Shown here: piece after piece, positions 42,264 to 53,732 of the stretch
Layout of the letters: every line of letters starts with the position of its first letter
Position numbering within the stretch: position 1 is the stretch's first letter
The notes under the pieces: generated by a model
Databases searched by the model: none
What the model was told of the DNA's origin: nothing
The model's input: only the letters and a program-made list of their open reading frames with translations
NCBI RefSeq assembly: GCF_006345805.1
Contig: NC_043018.1
Coordinates: 28,148,001-28,212,000, forward strand
Length of the DNA: 64,000 nucleotides
Direction: 5' to 3'
DNA from: Octopus sinensis
Taxonomy: Eukaryota
Translations under genes and position numbers: made by a program

Positions 42264-45200
42264 CATCACAATCAAGGAACGGCCATAATAGGCCATTCAC
42301 CCACTAGAAATAACAGCCAAAAGCTTTAACCGCAAAATAACATCAATTCCGTAAACCAGGAGAAAATTAAAAACATTTACCCTGTAATTCTTATACGATG
42401 CACCGTTTCATCTACTGTTTAATGGTAAACTAACCTGATTAAATTAAATCGAGCCAATCTACCATAGGCCCTTAGATTCATCAGTAAGAAATAGCCAAGT
42501 CGGAACAGATATTTTTCACGAGGCATTCCCGTCCCTGCCTCGGCAATATCTGACATAAAATTTTCAAATCATCGCACACTCGCCCAAATTTATCGGCAGC
42601 AAATAAATATAAGCCGCCGATTCCATTACGGAATTAACCAGAAAATTCATAATTAATCAATATAGGGTGGCAAAAAATTTGTAGAATTTTTTTGCCACCA
42701 GCGGCCTAGTGGGAAAAAATTAAATAGTCATATACCATTTTTAAGTTCAACATCACAATCAAGGAACGGCCATAATAGGCCATTCACCCACTAGAAATAA
42801 CAGCCAAAAGCTTTAACCGCAAACTAACATCAATTCCGTAAACCAGGAGAAAATTAAAAAACATTTACCCTGTAATTTCTTATACGATGCACCGTTTCAT
42901 CTACTGTTTAATGGTAAACTAACCTGATTAAATTAAATCAAGCCAATCTACCATAGGCCCTTAGATTCATCAGTAAGAAATAGCCAAGTCGGAACAGATA
43001 TTTTTCACGAGGCATTCCCGTCCCTGCTCGGCAATATCTGACCTAAAATTTTCAAATCATCGCACTCGCGCCAAATTTATCGGCAGCAAATAAATATAAG
43101 CCGCCGATTCCATTACGGAATTAACCAGAAAATTCATAATAATCAATATAGGGTGGCAAAAAATTTTGTAGAATTTTTTTGCCACCAGCGGCCTAGTGGG
43201 AAAAAATTAAATAGTCATATACCATTTTTAAGTTCAACATCACAATCAAGGAACGGCCATAATAGGCCATTCACCCACTAGAAATAACAGCCAAAAGCTT
43301 TAACCGCAAAATAACATCAATTCCGTAAATAGGAGAAAATTAAAAGACATTTACCCTGTAATTTCTTACACGATGCACCGTTTCATCTACTGTTTAATGG
43401 TAAACTAACCTGATTAAATTAAATCAAGCCAATCTACATAGGCCCTTAGATTCACCAGTAAGAAATAGCCAAGTCGGAACAGATATTTTTCACGAGGCAT
43501 TCCGTCCCTGCCTCGGCAATATCTGACCTAAAATTTTCAAATCATCGCACTCGCGCCAAATTTATCGGCAGCAAATAAATATAAGCCGCCGATTCCATTA
43601 CGGAATTAACCAGAAAATTCATAATTAATCAATATAGGGTGCCCAAAAATTTTGTAGAATTTTTTTGCCACCAGCGGCTAGTGGGACAAAATTAATAGTC
43701 ATATACCATTTTTAAGTTCAACATCACAATCAAGGAACGGCCATAATAGGCCATTCACCCACTAGAAATAACAGCCAAAAGCTTTAACCGCAAACTAACA
43801 TCAATTCCGTAAACCAGGAGAAAATTAAAAAACATTTACCCTGTAATTTCTTATACGATGCACCGTTTCATCTACTGTTTAATGGTAAACTACCTGATTA
43901 AATTAAATCAAGCCAATCTACCATAGGCCCTTAGATCATCAGTAAGAAATAGCCAGTCGGAACAGATATTTTTCACGAGGCCATTCCCGTCCCTGCGCTC
44001 GGCAATATTTGACATAAAATTTTCAAATCATCGCACTCGCGCCAAATTTATCGGCAGCAAATAAATTAAGCCGCCGATTCCATTACGGAATTAACCAGAA
44101 AATTCATAATTAATCAATAGGGGGGCAAAAAATTTTGTAGATTTTTTGCCACCAGGGCCTAGTGGGAAAAAATTAATAGTCATATACCATTTTTAAGTTC
44201 AACATCACAATCAAGGAACGGCCATAATAGGCCATTCACCCACTAGAAATAACAGCCAAAAGCTTACCGCAAAATAACATCAATTCCGTAAACCAGGAGA
44301 AAATTAAAAGACATTTACCCTGTAATTTCTTACGATGCACCGTTTCATCTACTGTTTAATGGTAAACTAACCTGATTATTAAATCAAGCCAATCTACCAT
44401 AGGCCCTAGATTCATCAGTAAGAAATAGCCAAGTCGGAAAGAGATTTTTCACGAGGCATTCCCGTCCCTGCCTCGGCAATATCTGACCTAAAATTTTCAA
44501 ATCATCGCACTCGCGCCAAATTTATCGGCAGCAAATAAATATAAGCCGCCGATTCCATTACGGAATTAACCAGAAAATTCATAATTAATCAATATAGGGT
44601 GCCAAAAAATTTTTTAGAATTTTTTTGCCACCAGCGGCCTAGTGGGAAAAAGTTAAATAGTCATATACCATTTTTAAGTTCAACATCACAATCAAGGAAC
44701 GGCCATAATAGGCCATTCACCCACTAGAAATAACAGCCAAAAGCTTTAACCGCAAAATAACATCAATTCCGTAAACCAGGAGAAAATTAAAAAACATCTA
44801 CCCTGTAATTTCTTATACGATGCACCGTTTCATCTACTGTTTAATGGTAACTAACCTGATTAAATTAAATCAAGCCAATTTACCATAGGCCCTTAGATTC
44901 ATCAGTAAGAAATAGCCAAGTCGGAAAAGATATTTTTCCCGAGGCATTCCTCGTCCTGCCTCGGCAATATCTGACCTAAAATTTTCAAATCATCGCACTC
45001 GCGCCAAATTTATCGCAGCAAATAAATATAAGCCGCCGATCCATTACGGAATTAACCAGAAAATTCATAATTAATCAATTAGGGTGGCAAAAAATTTTGT
45101 AGAATTTTTTTGCCACCAGCGGCCTAGTGGGAAAAAATTAAATAGTCATATACCATTTTTAGTTCAAATCACAATCAAGGAACGGCCATAATAGGCCATT

Positions 45201-48200
45201 CCCCACTAGAAATAACAGCCAAAAGCTTTAACGCAAACTAACATCAATTCCGTAAACCAGGAGAAAATTAAAAACATTACCCTGTAATTTCTTATACGAT
45301 GCACCGTTTCATCTACTGTTTAATGGTAAACTAACCTGATTAAATTAAATCAAGCCAATCTACCATAGGCCCTTAGATTCATCAGTAAGAAATAGCCAAG
45401 TCGGAACAGATATTTTTCACGAGGCATTCCCGTCCCTGCCTCGGCAATATTTGACATAAAATTTTCAAATCATCGCACTCGCGCCAAATTTATCGGCAGC
45501 AAATAAATATAAGCCGCCGATTCCATTACGGAATTAACCAGAAAATTCATAATTAATCAATATAGGGTGGCAAAAAATTTTGTAGAATTTTTTTGCCACC
45601 AGCGGCCTAGTGGGAAAAAATTAAATAGTCATATACCATTTTTAAGTTCAACATCACAATCAAGGAACGGCCATAATAGGCCATTCACCCACTAGAAATA
45701 ACAGCCAAAAGCTTTAACCGCAAAATAACATCAATTCCGTAAACCAGGAGAAAATTAAAAGACATTTACCCTGTAATTTCTTATACGATGCACCGTTTCA
45801 TCTACTGTTTAATGGTAAACTAACCTGATTAAATTAAATCAAGCCAATCTACCATAGGCCCTTAGATTCATCAGTAAGAAATAGCCAAGTCGGAACAGAT
45901 ATTTTTTACGAGGCATTCCCGTCCCTGCCTCGGCAATATCTGACCTAAAATTTTCAAATCATCGCACTCGCGCCAAATTTATCGGCAGCAAATAAATATA
46001 AGCCGCCGATTCCATTACGGAATTAACCAGAAAATTCATAATTAATCAATATAGGGTGGCAAAAAATTTTGTAGAATTTTTTTGCCACCAGCGGCCTAGT
46101 GGGAAAAAATAAATAGTCATATACCATTTTTAAGTTCAACATCACAATCAAGGAACGGCCATAATAGGCCATTCACCCACTAGAAATAACAGCCAAAAGC
46201 TTTAACCGCAAAATAACATCAATTCCGTAAACCAGGAGAAAATTAAAAAACATCTAGCCTGTAATTTCTTATACGATGCACCGTTTCATCTACTGTTTAA
46301 TGGTAAACTAACCTGATTAAATTAAATCAAGCCAATCTACCATAGGCCCTTAGATTCATCAGTAAGAAATAGCCAAGTCGGAACAGATATTTTTCACGAG
46401 GCATTCCCGTCCCTGCCTCGGCAATATCTGACCTAAAATTTTCAAATCATCGCACTCGCGCCAAATTTATCGGCAGCAAATAAATATAAGCCGCCGATTC
46501 CATTACGGAATTAACCAGAAAATTCATAATTAATCAATATAGGGTGGCAAAAAATTTTGTAGAATTTTTTTGCCACCAGCGGCCTAGTGGGAAAAAATTA
46601 AATAGTCATATACCATTTTTAAGTTCAACATCACAATCAAGGAACGGCCATAATAGGCCATTCACCCACTAGAAATAACAGCCAAAAGCTTTAACCGCAA
46701 AATAACATCAATTCCGTAAACCAGGAGAAAATTAAAAGACATTTACCCTGTAATTTCTTATACGATGCACCGTTTCATCTACTGTTTAATGGTAAACTAA
46801 CTGATTAAATTAAATCAAGCCAATCTACCATAGGCCCTTAGATTCATCAGTAAGAAATAGCCAAGTCGGAACAGATATTTTTCACGAGGCATTCCCGTCC
46901 TGCCTCGGCAATATCTGACCTAAAATTTTCAAATCATCGCACTCGCGCCAAATTTATCGGCAGCAAATAAATATAAGCCGCCGATTCCATTACGGAATTA
47001 ACCAGAAAATTCATAATTAATCAATATAGGGTGCCAAAAAATTTTTTAGAATTTTTTTTTGCCACCAGCGGCCTAGTGGGAAAAAGTTAAATAGTCATAT
47101 ACCATTTTTAAGTTCAACATCACAATCAAGGAACGGCCATAATAGGCCATTCACCCACTAGAAATAACAGCAAAAGCTTTAACCGCAAAATAACATCAAT
47201 TCCGTAAACCAGGAGAAAATTAAAAAACATCTACCCTGTAATTTCTTATACGATGCACCGTTTCATCTACTGTTTAATGGAAACTAACCTGATTAAATTA
47301 AATCAAGCCAATCTACCATAGGCCCTTAGATTCATCAGTAAGAAATAGCCAAGTCGGAACAGATATTTTTCCGAGGCATTCCCGTCCCTGCCTCGGCAAT
47401 ATCTGACCTAAAATTTTCAAATCATCGCACTCGCGCCAAATTTATCGGCAGCAAATAAATATAAGCCGCCGATTCCATTACGGAATTAACCAGAAAATTC
47501 ATAATTAATCAATATAGGGTGGCAAAAAATTTTGTAGAATTTTTTTGCCACCAGCGGCCTAGTGGGAAAAAATTAAATAGTCATATACCATTTTTAAGTT
47601 CAACATCACAATCAAGGAACGGCCATAATAGGCCATTCACCCACTAGAAATAACAGCCAAAAGCTTAAACCGCAACTAACATCAATTCCGTAAACCAGGA
47701 GAAAATTAAAAAACATTTACCCTGTAATTTCTTATACGATGCACCGTTTCATCTCATTTTTTGTAATGGTAAACTAACCTGATTAAATTAAATCAAGCAG
47801 CCAATCTACCATAGGCCCTTAGATTCATCAGTAAGAAATAGCCAGTCGGAACAGATATTTTTCACGAGGCATTCCCGTCCCCCTGCCTCGGCAATATTTG
47901 ACATAAAATTTTCAAATCATCGCACTCGCGCCAAATTTATCGGCAGCAAATAATATAAGCCGCCGATTCCATTACGGAATTAACCAGAAAATTCATAATT
48001 AATCAATATAGGGTGGCAAAAAATTTTGTAGATTTTTTTGCCACCAGCGCGGCCTAGTGGGAAAAAATTAAATAGTCATATACCATTTTTAAGTTCAACA
48101 TCACAATCAAGGAACGGCCATAATAGGCATTCACCACCCACTAGAAATAACAGCCAAAAGCTTTAACCGCAATAACATCAATTCCGTAAACCAGGAGAAA

Positions 48201-49080
48201 ATTAAAAGACATTTACCCTGTAATTTCTTATACGATGCACCGTTTCATCATTACTGTTTAATGGTAAAAACCTGATTAAATTAAATCAAGCCAATCTACC
48301 ATAGGCCCTTAGATCATCAGTAAGAAATAGCCAAGTCGGAACAGATATTTTTTACGAGGCATTCCCGTCCCTGCCTCGGCATATCTGACCTAAAATTTTC
48401 AAATCATCGCACTCGCGCCAAATTTATCGGCAGCAAATAAATATAACCGCCGATTCCATTACGGAATTAACCAGAAAATTCATAATTAATCAATATAGGT
48501 GGCAAAAAATTTTGTAGAATTTTTTTGCCACCAGCGCCTAGTGGGAAAAAATTAAATAGTCATATACCATTTTTAAGTTCAACATCACAATCAAGGAACG
48601 GCCATAATAGGCCATTCACCCACTAGAAATAACAGCCAAAAGCTTTAACCGCAAAATAACATCAATTCCGTAAACCAGGAGAAAATTAAAAAACATCTAG
48701 CCTGTAATTTCTTATACGATGCACCGTTTCATCTACTGTTTAATGGTAAACTAACCTGATTAAATTAAATCAAGCCAATCTACCATAGGCCCTTAGATTC
48801 ATCAGTAAGAAATAGCCAAGTCGGAACAGATATTTTTCACGAGGCATTCCCGTCCCTGCCTCGGCAATATCTGACCTAAAATTTTCAAATCATCGCACTC
48901 GCGCCAAATTTATCGGCAGCAAATAAATATAAGCCGCCGATTCCATTACGGAATTAACCAGAAAATTCATAATTAATCAATATAGGGTGGCAAAAAATTT
49001 TGTAGAATTTTTTTGCCACCAGCGGCCTAGTGGGAAAAAATTAAATGTCATATACCATTTTTAAGTTCAACATCACAATC
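42264..49080 (-). repeat. Left arm of the array: 14 units with hammerheads on the minus strand
   Basis: Motif atttctta-t-acgatgcaccgt-ttc-atcta...tagat-tcatcag-taagaaat at 42387-42492, 42875-42981, 43361-43466, 43846-43950, 44325-44426, 44808-44913, 45287-45393, 45776-45882, 46264-46370, 46753-46858, 47241-47346, 47727-47839, 48223-48328 and 48707-48813. Confidence 0.96.
42875..42981 (-). ncRNA. Type I hammerhead ribozyme (representative minus-strand copy)
   Basis: Exact reverse complement of the 107-nt motif at 50288-50394. Confidence 0.92.
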
Positions 49081-52000
49081 AATTTTTTCCCACTAGGCCG
49101 CTGGTGGCAAAAAAAATTCTAAAAAATTTTTTGGCACCCTATATTGATTAATTATGAATTTTCTGGTTAATTCCGTAATGGAATCGGCGGCTTATATTTA
49201 TTTGCTGCCGATAAATTTGGCGCGAGTGCGATGATTTGAAAATTTTAGGTCAGATATTGCCGAGGCAGGGACGGGAATGCCTCGTGAAAAATATTTGTTC
49301 CGACTTGGCTATTTCTTACTGATGAATCTAAGGGCTTATGGTAGATTGGCTTGATTTAATTTAATCAGGTTAGTTTACCATTACACAGTAGATGAAACGG
49401 TGCATCGTATAAGAAATTACAGGGTAAATGTTTTTTAATTTTCTCCTGGTTTACGGAATTGATGTTATTGTGCGGTTAAAGCTTTCGGCTGTTATTTCTA
49501 GTGGGTGAATGGCCTATTATGGCCGTTCCTTGATTGTGATGTTGAACTTAAAAATGGTATATGACTATTTAATTTGTTCCCACTAGGCCGCTGGTGGCAA
49601 AAAGATTCTAAAAAATTTTTTGCCACCCTATATTGATTAATTATGAATTTTCTGGTTAATTCCGTAATGGAATCGGCGGCTTATATTTATTTGCTGCCGA
49701 TAAATTTGGCGTGAGTGCGATGATTTGAAAATTTTAGGTCAGATATTGCCGAGGCAGGGACGGGAATGCCTCGGGAAAAATATCTGTTCCGACTTGGCTA
49801 TTTCTTACTGATGAATCTAAGGGCCTATGGTAGATTGGCTTGATTTAATTTAATCAGGTTAGTTTACCATTAAACAGTAGATGAAACGGTGCATCGTATA
49901 AGAAATTACAGGGTAAATGTTTTTTAATTTTCTCCTGGTTTACGGAATTGATGTTATTTTGCGGTTAAAGCTTTTGGCTGTTATTTCTAGTGGGTGAATG
50001 GCCTATTATGGCCGTTCCTTGATTGTGATGTTGAACTTAAAAATGGTATATGACTATTTATTTTTTCCCACTAGGCCGCTGGTGGCAAAAAAATTCTACA
50101 AAATTTTTTGCCACCCTATATTGATTAATTATGAATTTTCTGGTTAATTCCGTAATGGAATCGGCGGCTTATATTTATTTGCTGCCGATAAATTTGGCGC
50201 GAGTGCGATGATTTGAAAATTTTAGGTCAGATATTGCCGAGGCAGGGACGGGAATGCCTCGTGAAAAATATCTGTTCCGACTTGGCTATTTCTTACTGAT
50301 GAATCTAAGGGCCTATGGTAGATTGGCTTGATTTAATTTAATCAGGTTAGTTTACCATTAAACAGTAGATGAAACGGTGCATCGTATAAGAAATTACAGG
50401 GTAAATGTTTTTTAATTTTCTCCTGGTTTACGGAATTGATGTTATTTTGCGGTTAAAGCTTTTGGCTGTTATTTCTAGTGGGTGAATGGCCTATTATGGC
50501 CGTTCCTTGATTGTGATGTTGAACTTAAAAATGGTATATGACTATTAATTTTTTCCCACTAGGCCGCTGGTGGCAAAAAATTCTACAAAATTTTTTGCCA
50601 CCCTATATTGATTAATTATGAATTTTCTGGTTAATTCCGTAATGGAATCGGCGGCTTATATTTATTTGCTGCCGATAAATTTGGCGCGAGTGCGATGATT
50701 TGAAAATTTTAGGTCAGATATTGCCGAGGCAGGGACGGGAATGCCTCGTGAAAAATATCTGTTCCGACTTGGCTATTTCTTACTGATGAATCTAAGGGCC
50801 TATGGTAGATTGGCTTGATTTAATTTAATCAGGTTAGTTTACCATTAACAGTAGATGAAACGGTGCATCGTATAAGAAATTACAGGGTAAATGTTTTTTA
50901 ATTTTCTCCTGGTTTACGGAATTGATGTTATTTTGCGGTTAAAGCTTTTGGCTGTTATTTCTAGTGGGTGAATGGCCTATTATGGCCGTTCCTTGATTGT
51001 GATGTTGAACTTAAAAATGGTATATGACTATTTAATTTTTTCCCACTAGGCCGCTGGTGGCAAAAAAATTCTAAAAAATTTTTTGGCACCCTATATTGAT
51101 TAATTATGAATTTTCTGGTTAATTCCGTAATGGAATCGGCGGCTTATATTTATTTGCTGCCGATAAATTTGGCGCGAGTGCGATGATTTGAAAATTTTAG
51201 GTCAGATATTGCCGAGGCAGGGACGGGAATGCCTCGGGAAAAATATCTGTTCCGACTTGGCTATTTCTTACTGATGAATCTAAGGGCCTATGGTAGATTG
51301 GCTTGATTTAATTTAATCAGGTTAGTTTACCATTAAACAGTAGATGAAACGGTGCATCGTATAAGAAATTACAGGGTAAATGTTTTTTAATTTTCTCCTG
51401 GTTTACGGAATTGATGTTATTTTGCGGTTAAAGCTTTTGGCTGTTATTTCTAGTGAGTGAATGGCCTATTATGGCCGTTCCTTGATTGTGATGTTGAACT
51501 TAAAAATGGTATATGACTATTTAATTTTTTCCCACTAGGCCGCTGGTGGCAAAAAAATTCTACAAAATTTTTTGCCACCCTATATTGATTAATTATGAAT
51601 TTTCTGGTTAATTCCGTAATGGAATCGGCGGCTTATATTTATTTGCTGCCGATAAATTTGGCGCGAGTGCGATGATTTGAAAATTTTAGGTCAGATATTG
51701 CCGAGGCAGGGACGGGAATGCCTCGTGAAAAATATCTGTTCCGACTTGGCTATTTCTTACTGATGAATCTAAGGGCCTATGGTAGATTGGCTTGATTTAA
51801 TTTAATCAGGTTAGTTTACCATTAAACAGTAGATGAAACGGTGCATCGTATAAGAAATTACAGGGTAAATGTTTTTTAATTTTCTCCTGGTTTACGGAAT
51901 TGATGTTATTTTGCGGTTAAAGCTTTTGGCTGTTATTTCTAGTGGGTGAATGGCCTATTATGGCCGTTCCTGATTGTGATGTTGAACTTAAAAATGGTAT

Positions 52001-52569
52001 ATGACTATTTAATTTTTTCCCACTAGGCCGCTGGTGGCAAAAAATTCTACAAAATTTTTTGCCACCCTATATTGATTAATTATGAATTTTCTGGTTAATT
52101 CCGTAATGGAATCGGCGGCTTATATTTATTTGCTGCCGATAAATTTGGCGCGAGTGCGATGATTTGAAAATTTTATGTCAGATATTGCCGAGGCAGGGAC
52201 GGGAATGCCTCGTGAAAAATATCTGTTCCGACTTGGCTATTTCTTACTGATGAATCTAAGGGCCTATGGTAGATTGGCTTGATTTAATTTAATCAGGTTA
52301 GTTTACCATTAAACAGTAGATGAAACGGTGCATCGTATAAGAAATTACAGGGTAAATGTTTTAAAATTTTCTCCTGGTTTACGGAATTGATGTTATTTTG
52401 CGGTTAAAGCTTTTGGCTGTTATTTCTAGTGGGTGAATGGCCTATTATGGCCGTTCCTTGATTGTGATGTTGAACTTAAAAATGGTATATGACTATTTAA
52501 TTTTTTCCCACTAGGCCGCTGGTGGCAAAACAATTCTACAAAATTTTTTGCCACCTTATATTGATTAAT
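49081..52569 (+). repeat. Right arm of the array: 7 units plus a stub, with hammerheads on the plus strand
   Basis: Hammerhead motifs at 49311-49417, 49800-49906, 50288-50394, 50775-50880, 51263-51369, 51752-51858 and 52239-52345; all have intact cores. Confidence 0.96.
50288..50394 (+). ncRNA. Type I hammerhead ribozyme (representative plus-strand copy)
   Basis: Stem I ATTTCTTA (50288-95) pairs with TAAGAAAT (50387-94). Core CTGATGA is 50296-302. Stem II is closed by ATCTA/TAGAT (50303-50370), followed by GAAA (50371-74). Helix III is ACGGTGCATCGT; the GUA triplet predicts cleavage 3' of A50386. Confidence 0.93.
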
Positions 52570-52575
52570 AAATAA

Positions 52576-52653
<78 letters not shown>

Positions 52654-52659
52654 GTGTGT

Positions 52660-52893
52660 GTCCGGGTGCTGCTGAAAATTTCCATATACATGAGAGAGTG
52701 CTGAAAATTTCCTGGGTTTATGGGGATCACGAAAGGCCTGGTTGAGGCCCAACCTTTTGAGTTCTTTCACAGGGTTTAGAAAAACTGATGGACCGCTGCA
52801 ATAAGTGTGTAAATCTGAGAGGAGAAGTTAAAAAATATCATAACCCTCTCGCGTTTTCTTTTACCGAAAGCCAGGAACACTTCAATACTGCTA
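52660..52893 (+). mobile_element. Short non-autonomous mariner
   Basis: gtgctgaaaatttcctgg...ccaggaacacttca; encodes GLEKLMDRCNKCVNLRGE (mariner C-terminus). Confidence 0.75.
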
Positions 52894-53569
52894 GGACGTG
52901 TTTAGGTATATGAATTTACACAAAACTACATACATATACGTAAATATGTAGAATTGCCTAATATGAAGGCTTAAGGTGTTCGCTTCGCAATCACGACGTC
53001 CCGGTTCCGCTCCTTCAATTTTCACCGTCAGGTATATTGAATAAATGCTAATCACTACTGAATGTGTTCCACTCGTATTTTATGAATGAAATTAGATAAA
53101 TGAAAACTGTGCTGAAACCCCGAGAATGACTTGCACTTTCTTTTCGAGGGGAGGGGCGAAGAAAAAAAGCAAAAACGAAAAAAAACCAATGGTGATGTTT
53201 GTGGCAGAGTTATCCGTAGTAGTAGTAGTAGTAGTGGTTGACTGTGAAGCTCTCGCCTGGGTTCTTCCAATTTTCTCGTGGTGCCGGTGGCGGCGGTGTT
53301 GGCGTTCATGCTCACACCTGCACCTGTGTCGATCCTCCCCTTCTTCCCCACCCCACTTCAGGAAGCTGAGGTGAAGGCAGGGTAGGGAAATCACTGTCGT
53401 AAGCGTTGTCAAGGAGACCGGCGTTCTTTGCAACGACGACGACTTCATGGCTTGAAGACCAAATGCTCAAAACAGAAAATGGCTTAGAAAGCCAAAAACA
53501 AATTTACAAAATCAGGAAACACGCCACACGGGGCAGGTTTCCCGTGCAAAGAATTTTGCACAATCGAAA

Positions 53570-53732
53570 GGGATCTTTTCGGTTTGAACGGCAGTTTTTT
53601 TTCTAGCGGTGTCATATAAAATTGTCACCCACAATTATGACCCTAGTATTGATCTATTGCATTTCAATATCTTTTAGGGTTAGGGTGGGTTAGGGGTGGG
53701 GGGAAGGGTATCTTTTTTCCTTCAGAAGTGTA
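53570..53732 (-). mobile_element. Truncated copy of the same MITE
   Basis: One TIR plus ~160 bp of the right end, in reverse orientation. Confidence 0.85.

Larger units (their letters stand above)
42264..52569. repeat. Tandem satellite of ~489-bp units, each containing a type I hammerhead ribozyme (retrozyme-like array); two arms in inverted orientation
   Basis: The marker catcacaatc recurs at 42264, 42751, 43238, 43722, 44203, 44684, ~45168, 45652, 46140, 46629, 47118, 47604, 48099, 48583 and 49071 (period 481-495). The reverse-complement unit repeats 7 times from 49081, with a ~70-bp stub ending at 52569. (TA)n tracts flank both ends. Confidence 0.98.

Noticed and set aside
42520-42560. 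HDV-like or second, opposite-strand ribozyme around gaggcattcccgtccctgcctcggcaat
   Set aside because: Only a simple hairpin; I could not build the nested double pseudoknot or find a plus-sense hammerhead core, so there is no evidence for an ambisense viroid-like RNA.
42660-42720. Helitron 3' end (hairpin followed by CTAG-T) in each satellite unit
   Set aside because: CTAG is not followed by a TC start as expected for head-to-tail Helitrons, and the array ends do not fall there. The hairpin and CTAGTGGG fit the RNA fold of the ribozyme strand.
42264-52569. CRISPR array
   Set aside because: The whole 489-bp unit repeats, with no unique spacers and no cas genes, in a eukaryotic context.
41287-52893. 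Composite mariner transposon carrying the satellite
   Set aside because: The mariner relics on each side each have their own pair of TIRs and are decayed, so they are independent insertions.
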